Shown here: piece by piece, positions 19,736-28,758 of the stretch
How the letters are laid out: every line of letters starts with the position of its first letter
How positions within the stretch are numbered: the stretch's first letter is position 1
Notes under the pieces: model-generated
Told to the model about the DNA's origin: nothing
Databases searched by the model: none
Seen by the model: only the letters and a program-made list of their open reading frames with translations
Assembly: GCA_964508195.1 (NCBI GenBank)
Contig: CAZDSH010000001.1
Location: 67,263-131,262 of the forward strand
Source of the DNA: an uncultured Clostridiaceae bacterium
GTDB lineage: Bacteria > Bacillota > Clostridia > Ch29
Length of the DNA: 64,000 nucleotides
Reading direction: 5' to 3'
Translations under genes and position numbers: made by a program

Positions 19736-20998
19736 ATGGAAAATTCAAAATTAAGCTCAAGGGAAATATCCCTTCAAAGGGCGGATGTTTTAAAGAGTCG
19801 TATAGATCCTTATCTTGAAGCAAAGTTAGACATTCACTCCGGCTTGGATCAAAAAGATGAAATAAGGGCAAGGCAGGCTAGGATTAAAGAGATTATGGGC
19901 GCTAGCGAAGATCAGTGGAACGACTGGAATTGGCAAATAGATAACCGGGTAACGGATTCCGATACCCTTGCCAAATTTCTTGAACTAACTACTAAACAAA
20001 AGAAGGATATTGATGCTGTAGCAGCGAAGTTTAGATGGGCTATTTCCCCATACTTTCTATCTTTGATAGAACCTAGCGGGAATCATTATGAGCATCCTAT
20101 ATACTTGCAGTCCGTTCCCACGGGTCTGGAGCTCGTAGAAGGTATCGGTAGCGCAGATCCCATGGCTGAAGAGTTTACGAACCCTGCACCCTGCATTACC
20201 CGCCGGTATCCCGACAGATTGATTATAAACGTTACGAACCAGTGCGGAATGTACTGTCGCCACTGTCAAAGGAGAAGGAATATCGGAGAAGTGGATGCAC
20301 CACAACCTAAGGAGAAGCTGCAGGCGGCCGTAGATTATATTAGAAACACGCCGGAGATCAGGGACGTACTTATAACCGGCGGCGATCCTTTCACCTTCTC
20401 CGACGAGATGCTAGATTGGCTCCTTGGCGAACTTGATAGTATTCCCCACCTTGATTTTAAAAGAATTGGCACAAGGATGCCCGTTACATTACCCCAAAGG
20501 GTAACGCCAGAACTTTGTGATATGCTCAAAACACATCATCCTTTATTCATAAACTTACAATTTAACAGTCCTATGGAAGTATCCGAGGATTCCTTAAAGG
20601 CCTGCGAAATGTTAGCCGATGCAGGGATACCCTTAGGGAACCAGGCAGTGCTTCTAAGGGGCGTAAACGATCATCCCTTTGTGATGAAAAAGCTATGCCA
20701 AGAGCTGTTAAAGGCACGGGTAAGGCCGTACTATATATTCCACGCCAAGGGTGTAGTGGGGACTCTACACTTTAGGACTAGCGTAGATATAGGCATAGAA
20801 ATTATGGAACATCTAAGGGGTTATACCTCGGGGCTTGCTATTCCGACGTTCATCGTAAATGCCCCAGAGGGTAAGGGCAAAACGCCTATGCTACCCGAAT
20901 ACGTTATCTCCCATGGCAGGGATACCATCACTATAAGGACCTGGGAAGGCGAAATAATAGAGTATCCAAACAAAGATGCCGATGTAGAGTACGAATAA
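19736..20998 (+). CDS. kamA: L-lysine 2,3-aminomutase (radical SAM, PLP-dependent)
   Basis: 420-aa protein with the KamA-type CxxxCxxC motif (NQCGMYCRHCQRRR) and a full-length C-terminal domain. EpmB-type enzymes are shorter. Ribosome-binding site AGGAGGT. Confidence 0.85.
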   Translation: MENSKLSSREISLQRADVLKSRIDPYLEAKLDIHSGLDQKDEIRARQARIKEIMGASEDQWNDWNWQIDNRVTDSDTLAKFLELTTKQKKDIDAVAAKFRWAISPYFLSLIEPSGNHYEHPIYLQSVPTGLELVEGIGSADPMAEEFTNPAPCITRRYPDRLIINVTNQCGMYCRHCQRRRNIGEVDAPQPKEKLQAAVDYIRNTPEIRDVLITGGDPFTFSDEMLDWLLGELDSIPHLDFKRIGTRMPVTLPQRVTPELCDMLKTHHPLFINLQFNSPMEVSEDSLKACEMLADAGIPLGNQAVLLRGVNDHPFVMKKLCQELLKARVRPYYIFHAKGVVGTLHFRTSVDIGIEIMEHLRGYTSGLAIPTFIVNAPEGKGKTPMLPEYVISHGRDTITIRTWEGEIIEYPNKDADVEYE

Positions 20999-21102
20999 AA
21001 TTATCAGGATAAACATACATCAATATGCTCCAGGTACAGTCTAAATAAAAACTATTTTTGGTAATATATATATACCAAAAAATAAATTAAGGGGGTATAT
21101 TC

Positions 21103-22140
21103 ATGAGAAAAAGACTAGCATTGTTGTTAGTGCTCCTATTTGCGTTTTCTACTATACTGGTAGGATGCACTACACCAGCAGACACCAATGGGGAAGATGA
21201 TGCACCGGCGCCGGTCCAAAAGCAACAGATCTCCATATTAACCGGTTCTACCGGCGGTACGTACTTCGCTTTAGGCGGGGCCATGGCCAATACTTGGAAT
21301 GAATACCTAGATAATGTACAGGTGACGGGCCAACCCAGCGGCGCATCCGTGGAGAACATTAACCGTCTCCATGCCGGCGAGGTAGAGCTTGGTATGTCTA
21401 TGAACAACATTGCCGACGATGCCTGGAACGGGGTAGGCGCCTTCCCGGGGGAACAACGGGGTTTTAGGACTATAGGCGTTATTTATCCCGAGGTTTATCA
21501 GGGCGTAGCTATTAAAGGGTCTGGCATTAAAACCCTCGAGGATGTAAAGGGTAAAAGAGTAGCCGTAGGCCCTGTTGGGAGCGGTACAGTAGTGATGACC
21601 GAGACTGTGTTCAATGAAGCGGGCATGTCCTTTGATGATGTAAAAGCAAACTATGACGGCTTTGGCGATGCTGCCAGCAAGATGAAGGATGGACACTTAG
21701 ATGCGGCCTTCAACGTATTAGCAGTTCCCGCCGCAGCGATACTGGATATACAATCGGATCGTGAAATAGAAATAATCGAAATAGGCGATGATCTATACGA
21801 AAAAGTTAACGCTAAGTTCCCCTATTTCAGCCAATATGTGATACCCGCTGGAACCTATGGGAATGAAGAGGACAAATTAACGGTAAACTGTGTTGCTGCA
21901 TTGTACGCGTCCCCGGATATGTCCGAGGATTTGGCCTATGACATAACGAAGGTATGGTTTGAGAAAACTGCCCATACCGCGGCAGCCCACGGTGCAGCCC
22001 AGTGGCTTGCAGACGAACTCGCCGCAGGGAATAAGGACGTCATGCTCGATGGCATAACGACGCCGCTACATGTCGGGGCCTATAAGTATTTCAAAGACAT
22101 AGGCGTAGACGTCCCGGATATGATTAAACCTATTGATTAA
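21103..22140 (+). CDS. TAXI-family TRAP transporter solute-binding lipoprotein
   Basis: Lipoprotein signal peptide with lipobox (LVGCTT). ILTGSTGGTYFALGGAMANTWN is the TAXI (TRAP-associated extracytoplasmic immunogenic) signature. Confidence 0.8.
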   Translation: MRKRLALLLVLLFAFSTILVGCTTPADTNGEDDAPAPVQKQQISILTGSTGGTYFALGGAMANTWNEYLDNVQVTGQPSGASVENINRLHAGEVELGMSMNNIADDAWNGVGAFPGEQRGFRTIGVIYPEVYQGVAIKGSGIKTLEDVKGKRVAVGPVGSGTVVMTETVFNEAGMSFDDVKANYDGFGDAASKMKDGHLDAAFNVLAVPAAAILDIQSDREIEIIEIGDDLYEKVNAKFPYFSQYVIPAGTYGNEEDKLTVNCVAALYASPDMSEDLAYDITKVWFEKTAHTAAAHGAAQWLADELAAGNKDVMLDGITTPLHVGAYKYFKDIGVDVPDMIKPID

Positions 22141-22293
22141 TCAATAAGGGATGAAGGCCGGGAACCGTACAGTCCCCGGCCTTCATAATTAATATAATAT
22201 TACATAGCCTTAAATGTAAAAGTAACGCCTAATTTATTTTTTTGGTTTTCATAGGAGATTCCTCTAGGTAATTTTAACATAGGAGGTAGGAAT

Positions 22294-24291
22294 ATGGCGG
22301 AAAGGCAGAAAGATGACAGCATTATATTAGACGAAATTAAACTGGATGAAGAAAAATCCGAAGAGATTTTAGCTAAATACGATCGGGAATTCGATTTCAG
22401 AAGGCTTAGCGGGCCCTTAGAGAAATTCGTTTTTTTATGTGCGGTTGCTTGGTCCTTGGCCCAACTTTACACTGCGGCCTTCGGCGTTTTCCCTTCAACA
22501 TTACAAAGGGCACCCCACGTAGGTATCGCCCTTGTACTTATTTATATATTGTACCCGGCTAAAAGGGGCAGCAAAAACAATAAAGTACCGTGGTACGATT
22601 TTGTATTTGCCTTCCTAGGTGTTGTAGTCTCTTCGTACCATGTGATTTATTATAAAGAGCTAGTTTGGCGTGCAGGGGTTTACACTACAACGGATATGGT
22701 AATAAGCGTTATTGCCGTCTTATTGATAATAGAAGCAACTAGAAGAATGGCTGGACCGGTCATCGTTTCCCTAGCATCCTTTTTCCTGCTCTATGCGTAT
22801 TTCGGCGATTATTTTCCATCCTTTATGGCCCATCACGGCCTAACTTTAAAGAGAATAGTAATATTCCAATGGATAAGCACCGAGGGTATTTTAGGTATAC
22901 CCATTCAAGTATCATCGACCTTTATATTCCTTTTTATGCTTTTTGCGACCTTTTTAAAGAAAAGCGGCATTGGGGATTGGATGACGGAAATAGCCGTAGG
23001 ATTAACGGGCGGCGCTATCGGCGGGCCTGCTAAGGCCGCGGTAATAGCAAGCGCAGCCCAGGGTACGATCTCCGGTAGCTCTGTTGCCAATACTGTAGGT
23101 ACTGGCTCCGTTACGATTCCCCTTATGAAGAGCATCGGCTACCGTAAAGAGTTCGCCGGTGCCGTTGAAGCAGCGGCCTCTACAGGCGGCCAGCTTATGC
23201 CCCCTATAATGGGCGCTGCAGCATTTATTATGGTGGAGTTTCTTAATATCCCCTACAGAACGATCGCTATTTCAGCGGCGATACCCGCAGCCCTTTATTT
23301 TACGGGGATATTTATAACGGTGCATTTAGAGGCAAAAAAGGCAGGCCTTTTAGGTATACCTAAAGAACGACTGCCGGATTGGAAACAGCTCGTTAAGAAA
23401 AAATGGTTCCTTGCCACGCCGATAGCGGGTATTGTCTACCTCTTGGTCAAGGGATACACTCCGATGCTGGCTGCTTTTTATGCCATTATACTGTGTATCG
23501 CTGCGTCAATGATATTGAAAGAAACCCGTATGTCAATAATGGATATTATTTCGGCCCTAGAGGAGGGGGCCAAGTCCGCCCTCCCGGTAGTTGTAGCCTG
23601 TGCCACTGCGGGTATAATAGTAGGCATAGTTACGTTGACGGGCCTAGGCATGAAGATGTCCGGCGGCCTTGTAAGATTAGCCGGAGGCAATGTCTACCTA
23701 ACTATGCTCTTTACGATGATAGGTTCGCTGATACTAGGTATGGGCGTTCCCACTACGGCAAACTATATCATCCAAGCAACGGTTTCGGCGCCGGCGTTAA
23801 TGGTCCTAGGGGTTCCGCCCTTAGCGGCCCATTTGTTTGTGTTCTATTTCGGTATAGTGGCGGATATTACTCCCCCTGTAGCCCTGGCAGCCTTCGCCGG
23901 TTCGGGGATAGCCCAATCGGACCCTTTAAAGACTGGATTCGAGGCCTTTAAACTGGGTTTTGCCGCATATTTAGTGCCCTATATATTTGCCCTATCCCCT
24001 ATCCTTGTATTGATAAGACCGGAAGGGCTTTCAACATGGGGCTTTGCCTTTAGCGTAATCCTCGCAATCGGTACTGCACTTATAGGTATGCTATGTATAG
24101 GCGGTTCGACTACTAATTATTTTGTAACCAATGACAAATGGTATGAACGTGTCCTACTCCTTATTGCAGGGGTTACTTTGATACACCCGAGCTTCCATAC
24201 AGACCTGTTCGGAGCCGTTGTGTTAGCTGGGGTTTGGTTCCTGCAAACAAGCCGGGTAAAAAAAAGGGCGGCAGCGGAAAAAAGCATATAA
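22294..24291 (+). CDS. TAXI-type TRAP transporter fused permease subunit (fused 4TM/12TM DctQM-like)
   Basis: 665-aa polytopic membrane protein of the TRAP fused-permease family, immediately downstream of the TAXI solute-binding gene. Confidence 0.8.
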   Translation: MAERQKDDSIILDEIKLDEEKSEEILAKYDREFDFRRLSGPLEKFVFLCAVAWSLAQLYTAAFGVFPSTLQRAPHVGIALVLIYILYPAKRGSKNNKVPWYDFVFAFLGVVVSSYHVIYYKELVWRAGVYTTTDMVISVIAVLLIIEATRRMAGPVIVSLASFFLLYAYFGDYFPSFMAHHGLTLKRIVIFQWISTEGILGIPIQVSSTFIFLFMLFATFLKKSGIGDWMTEIAVGLTGGAIGGPAKAAVIASAAQGTISGSSVANTVGTGSVTIPLMKSIGYRKEFAGAVEAAASTGGQLMPPIMGAAAFIMVEFLNIPYRTIAISAAIPAALYFTGIFITVHLEAKKAGLLGIPKERLPDWKQLVKKKWFLATPIAGIVYLLVKGYTPMLAAFYAIILCIAASMILKETRMSIMDIISALEEGAKSALPVVVACATAGIIVGIVTLTGLGMKMSGGLVRLAGGNVYLTMLFTMIGSLILGMGVPTTANYIIQATVSAPALMVLGVPPLAAHLFVFYFGIVADITPPVALAAFAGSGIAQSDPLKTGFEAFKLGFAAYLVPYIFALSPILVLIRPEGLSTWGFAFSVILAIGTALIGMLCIGGSTTNYFVTNDKWYERVLLLIAGVTLIHPSFHTDLFGAVVLAGVWFLQTSRVKKRAAAEKSI

Positions 24292-24333
24292 ACGAGTATA
24301 TAGCTTTGGATTAAATACAAAACCATTAGATAT

Positions 24334-24368
24334 AAAAATAGTAACGGTTAAACCGTTACTATTTTTAT
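24334..24368. terminator. Bidirectional rho-independent terminator between the TRAP permease and rpmF
   Basis: Perfect hairpin AGTAACGG-TTAAA-CCGTTACT flanked by AAAAAT on one side and ATTTTTAT on the other. Confidence 0.7.
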
Positions 24369-24370
24369 GT

Positions 24371-24547
24371 TCACTCAGTTTTTAGCACTTCCTTGCCCTT
24401 GTAATAACCGCATGTGCGGCACATCCTATGGGGCATCATAGCTTCATGGCATTGCGGGCATACGATCAACCCGGGCTTTTTTATCTTCCATTGGGCTAAC
24501 CTATGATTTCTCCTCGATTTTGACGTTTTCCTTTTTGGTACCGCCAT
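24371..24547 (-). CDS. rpmF: 50S ribosomal protein L32
   Basis: Hand translation gives MAVPKRKTSKSRRNHRLAQWKIKKPGLIVCPQCHEAMMPHRMCRTCGYYKGKEVLKTE. It is below the 60-aa cutoff of the ORF track. Conserved position downstream of yceD. Confidence 0.85.
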   Translation of the reverse strand: MAVPKRKTSKSRRNHRLAQWKIKKPGLIVCPQCHEAMMPHRMCRTCGYYKGKEVLKTE

Positions 24548-24574
24548 AATAACACCTCCTCGAGCCTACTACTG

Positions 24575-25072
24575 CTACTCCAGCAACTTTTTAAGCTTTT
24601 CCATCCTTGGATCGATCCCCTCATGCCTACAGTCGCATTGCGTCGTGTTCCTATCGCCACCACAAATGGGACAAAGACCTTTACAATCCTCGCTACACAA
24701 TACCTTTATAGGTAGTTCCAATAGAATACTTTCTTTTACCGGTACATTAAGGTCTATTCTGTCACCACGGATGGGCAAAACATCCTCACCTTCCCCGGTT
24801 TCGCTATACATTTGGCTAAAGGCCGTACTAAGGGGATACTTAACAGTACGAAGGCACCTTGAACATTGGAGGATAACCTCTGTTTGCACCTCACCTCGGA
24901 TCAAAAACACATTATCATTTCTTTCGATACTGCCCTTTACATTTATAGGGCTACTAAAACTTATGTTTTCACCGCCGCTGTCAATACATCCGATGTTCTC
25001 CTTAAGTTCAAAGGACACACGACCACTGTCATCACTTTTTAAGTTTTTAATATACATTATCATCGTTAGCAC
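24575..25072 (-). CDS. yceD: YceD/DUF177 family protein (large ribosomal subunit accumulation)
   Basis: C-terminal Cys cluster (CPICGGDRN...CDC) and the conserved yceD-rpmF arrangement. Confidence 0.8.
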   Translation of the reverse strand: MLTMIMYIKNLKSDDSGRVSFELKENIGCIDSGGENISFSSPINVKGSIERNDNVFLIRGEVQTEVILQCSRCLRTVKYPLSTAFSQMYSETGEGEDVLPIRGDRIDLNVPVKESILLELPIKVLCSEDCKGLCPICGGDRNTTQCDCRHEGIDPRMEKLKKLLE

Positions 25073-25132
25073 TCTCCATAGCCAACAGATTTTATTATAT
25101 AAAGTGGCCTTTTATTTGTCAAGATCGCGCCA

Positions 25133-26326
25133 TTACCCTATTTCCCTAATTGTATCCCTGGCTATCATCAGCTCTTCGTTCGTGGGAATAACTATCGCTT
25201 TTACCGCACAGTCATGCTTACTTATGATTGCCTCCTCAGCCCTAACATTGTTGGCCTTTTTATCCAGTTCCAGGCCGAGGTATTCTAGGCCGGTGCACAA
25301 TTTCTCCCTCATCGTAATAGAGTTCTCTCCTAGACCCGCTGTAAACACTATAACGTCTACCCCGTTCATAACCGCTGCATAGGAGCCTATGAACTTTTTA
25401 ACCTTGTATGCAAAGACGTCAATAGCCAAGGCCGCCCTTTTGTTGCCCTTTGCCGCGGCCTCCTCTAGGTCACGGAAATCACTGCTCACGCCAGATATGC
25501 CTAAAACGCCGGAGCTTTTATTTAATATATTATTAACTTCTTCTATTGTCAACTGTTCCTTTTCCATAAGGAATGCGATTATCGCAGGATCAATGCTCCC
25601 ACATCGGGTTCCCATGGCAAGCCCCTCTAAAGGCGTAAATCCCATACTGGTTTCTACGGATTTACCGTTCTTTACCGCCGTTATGCTGGCACCGTTCCCT
25701 AAATGGCATGTTATTATCCTAAGATCCTCCAGGGGTTTACCGAGGATCTCAGCAGCCCTTTCAGCTACGTACTTATGGGAAGTCCCATGGAAACCGTATT
25801 TACGCACACCGTATTTTTTATAGTATTCGTAGGGAATGGGATAAATATATGCATAATCCGGAATAGTATGGTGATAAGCCGTATCAAAGGTACCGGCCAT
25901 CGGTATCCCGGGCATGAGCTGTCGGCAGGCCTCTATGCCCATAATATTAGGCGGGTTATGTAGGGGTGCCAAATCCGCACATTCCCTTAGCGTATCCATA
26001 ACCTCCTGCGTAATCCTAACGGAACCGGAGAATTTTTCCCCGCCATGAACAACTCTATGGCCTACAGCGGATATATCGCTCGTGTCTTTTATTACTCCAT
26101 CTTTTTTGTCCGTTAATACATCGGTTATGACTTTAAGTGCAGCCTTATGATCGGCCATCGCAGTTTCGATTATTATTTCATCTTTATCGGCGGCTTGGTG
26201 CTTTAATCTTGACCCTTCTATGCCGATTCTTTCTGCTAATCCACGGGCCATCACGCTTTCATGTTCCATGTCCAGCAATTGATATTTTACAGAAGAACTG
26301 CCGCAGTTCACTACTAAGACTTTCAT
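25133..26326 (-). CDS. ackA: Acetate kinase
   Basis: [17 protein letters not shown] is the canonical AckA N-terminus; 397 aa. Confidence 0.95.
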   Translation of the reverse strand: MKVLVVNCGSSSVKYQLLDMEHESVMARGLAERIGIEGSRLKHQAADKDEIIIETAMADHKAALKVITDVLTDKKDGVIKDTSDISAVGHRVVHGGEKFSGSVRITQEVMDTLRECADLAPLHNPPNIMGIEACRQLMPGIPMAGTFDTAYHHTIPDYAYIYPIPYEYYKKYGVRKYGFHGTSHKYVAERAAEILGKPLEDLRIITCHLGNGASITAVKNGKSVETSMGFTPLEGLAMGTRCGSIDPAIIAFLMEKEQLTIEEVNNILNKSSGVLGISGVSSDFRDLEEAAAKGNKRAALAIDVFAYKVKKFIGSYAAVMNGVDVIVFTAGLGENSITMREKLCTGLEYLGLELDKKANNVRAEEAIISKHDCAVKAIVIPTNEELMIARDTIREIG

Positions 26327-26514
26327 TTTTTCTCCTCCCTATAAGTTCAATGATTGACTCTATATAGTTTTCTTCACAACTTACAAATATCCTGCAAAAT
26401 ACATTAAAATAATGTGTATAATGAAGTGGGGGATACATTAAATAACAAGACTTACGTTAAAACCTTAGTTTAAGCCATGGTTTACGGCTATTAATAATAT
26501 CCTTAAGGGGAGAT

Positions 26515-27783
26515 GTGAATACTTTGAAAGTGTTAGGCATAATAGCTGAATACAATCCATTCCATAACGGCCATTTATATCATTTAAGAAGATCCATTGA
26601 GATGACCGGCGCAACCCATACCGTAGCCGTCATGAGCGGTAATTTTGTCCAAAGGGGCGAACCGGCGATCATAAACAAGTGGGCCCGGGCGGAGATGGCA
26701 ATAAAATCCGGCGTTGACCTCGTAATAGAGCTGCCCACAGTATACGCCTGCAGGAGCGCCGAGGGCTTTGCATTAGGCGCATTAAGTATACTTAACGGCC
26801 TCGGTACCATAGATACCCTTTGTTTTGGCAGTGAAGCCGGTAACCTTAGGGAGCTTGAATACGTAGCCCATATACTATACGATGAGCCCGGGGATTATAG
26901 GGTGTATTTACGAGATTACCTTTCCCGGGGGTACAGTTATCCTTCGGCTAGGTCCGCAGCCTTGGAAAGATATTTAGACCCCCGGGCTAAAAACCTTATA
27001 GCTTTATTAAATTCGCCGAACAACATATTGGCGATAGAATACCTAAAGGCTATTAAGGCGCTACGTAGCAATGTTTACCCCTATACGATAAAACGATACG
27101 CCGCGGGATACCATTCACGATCCCTTCGTTCAAATATCGCCGGCGCAACAGCAATTCGAAGGGAAATTATAAAAAGAGGCACCATTATAGGAACGATAAA
27201 AAAAACTATGCCCGCTGTTTGCCTAACCGTATTAAACAGAGAATTATCTATGGGGCGGGGCCCTTTATACCACGACCTATTTAGTATGCCATGTATAGCC
27301 CTTATAAGAAGGCTTGGCGCAAAAGCCTTAACACAGTTCCCTGAAGTCGTTGAGGGCCTTGAAAACAGAATATATTCTGCAGCGATGAGGGAGGTAACCC
27401 TTTCCGGTATATTAGATCGGATAAAGACTAAACGGTACACCCATACACGCCTTAGGAGGATTGTAACTTATATACTCCTTGATATAACCGAGGACCTTAT
27501 AAGTTGCCTTAGGGCACATAAAAACCCCGTCTATGCAAGGGTTCTAGCATTAAACGAAAAGGGCGGGGATATTCTAAGCAAGGCCAAAACTACATCGAGA
27601 ATACCTATTATAACTAAGTTCGCTAACCATGGTTTCGCCGAAGATGATCCTTTATTGAAAATATTACAAAAAGAAATTCTGGCAACAGATCTATATGTAC
27701 TAGGCTATGCTAACGACAGATATTCCTCCGCCGGCCAAGATTTTGTAACCAGCCCCCTTTTTTACCCGGGACCAAACCAATAG
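26515..27783 (+). CDS. tmcAL: tRNA(Met) cytidine acetate ligase TmcAL (YlbM/UPF0348 nucleotidyltransferase)
   Basis: N-terminal HxGH-like nucleotidyltransferase motif (AEYNPFHNGHLYHL), about 420 aa, in a ylbM-like neighbourhood. Confidence 0.75.
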   Translation: MNTLKVLGIIAEYNPFHNGHLYHLRRSIEMTGATHTVAVMSGNFVQRGEPAIINKWARAEMAIKSGVDLVIELPTVYACRSAEGFALGALSILNGLGTIDTLCFGSEAGNLRELEYVAHILYDEPGDYRVYLRDYLSRGYSYPSARSAALERYLDPRAKNLIALLNSPNNILAIEYLKAIKALRSNVYPYTIKRYAAGYHSRSLRSNIAGATAIRREIIKRGTIIGTIKKTMPAVCLTVLNRELSMGRGPLYHDLFSMPCIALIRRLGAKALTQFPEVVEGLENRIYSAAMREVTLSGILDRIKTKRYTHTRLRRIVTYILLDITEDLISCLRAHKNPVYARVLALNEKGGDILSKAKTTSRIPIITKFANHGFAEDDPLLKILQKEILATDLYVLGYANDRYSSAGQDFVTSPLFYPGPNQ

Positions 27784-28531
27784 TAAGCCTTTCCATTACC
27801 TCCATAGCCGCTTTTCTACCGGCGTGGATACATTTTTCAACCTGATTAAAGGTTACGGGGTTTATATCCTTAAGATAGGGGTTTATTATGATATCGGCCT
27901 CCATATCCCTTAGCATCATTATTTCATTTTGAAGTATATCTATACTTCGGATTATCACATCATAAATACTTCCCATATCCTTGTTCTCTATCCAGGAGCC
28001 TAGGTTAACGCCTAGGGTATAATCCGCACCCATACCCTTTAAAAGACTAACGGGAACGGGGTCCACAAGGCCGCCATCGGCAAGGATACACCCGTCTAGC
28101 TCAAGGGGCGCTATTATCCCCGGCACGGCGACGCTCGCCCTTACAGCTTTGTAAACATAGCCTTGATCAAATATGACCCTTTCGCCGGTGCAAAGATTAG
28201 TCGCCACTATTTTTAAAGGTTTTTCTAATTCATCAAAGGTTTTGTTGTTCGTGAGTTTCTTAATAAGTTGTTCCAGCTTATGCCCCTGTATAAGGCCTTT
28301 TTTAGGCACGGAAATATCTATCCAGTCCCAGGGTTCTAAGTCCACCGCTAGATCAATGATCTCAACAATTGGAATACCGCTGCAGTATAGCGCCCCTATT
28401 AGCGCACCTATGCTGCAGCCGGCAATAAATCCAACTTCTATTTCTTTTTCTTCAAGGGCTTGTAATACTCCTAAATGGGCAAACCCGCGGGCGGCCCCCG
28501 CGCCTAATGCCAGGCCTAATTTTTTGCGCAT
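27710..28531 (-). CDS. Patatin-like phospholipase (YlbK family)
   Basis: GxSxG lipase motif (GCSIGA) and a glycine-rich oxyanion loop (GLALGAGAARG). The ATG at 28531 follows a GGGAGGGG ribosome-binding site. The 3' end overlaps the tmcAL 3' end. Confidence 0.75.
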   Translation of the reverse strand: MRKKLGLALGAGAARGFAHLGVLQALEEKEIEVGFIAGCSIGALIGALYCSGIPIVEIIDLAVDLEPWDWIDISVPKKGLIQGHKLEQLIKKLTNNKTFDELEKPLKIVATNLCTGERVIFDQGYVYKAVRASVAVPGIIAPLELDGCILADGGLVDPVPVSLLKGMGADYTLGVNLGSWIENKDMGSIYDVIIRSIDILQNEIMMLRDMEADIIINPYLKDINPVTFNQVEKCIHAGRKAAMEVMERLTIGLVPGKKGGWLQNLGRRRNICR

Positions 28532-28758
28532 TATAGGTTCCCCTCCCGAATTATTCATATTAAAGAAAGGCATTAAATATATTATTATAGCGTGCTGATA
28601 AATATTTCCTCCATGCGCCGACTCACTGTTAACACAGGGCCTCCGTTAGAAACAAAGGATGTCGGGTTACAGGGCCCAAGGGGGATAATCCCCGCTTTTA
28701 TATGGTTGCAAATACGTATATATATATCGGCAGCTTGAAATAATAAGGAGTACAGCCT

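Noticed and set aside
23403-23951. 182-aa plus-strand ORF inside the TRAP permease gene in another frame
   Set aside because: It is an alternative frame of the permease gene with Arg/Cys/Gly-rich nonsense composition; the permease frame is the one with TM periodicity.
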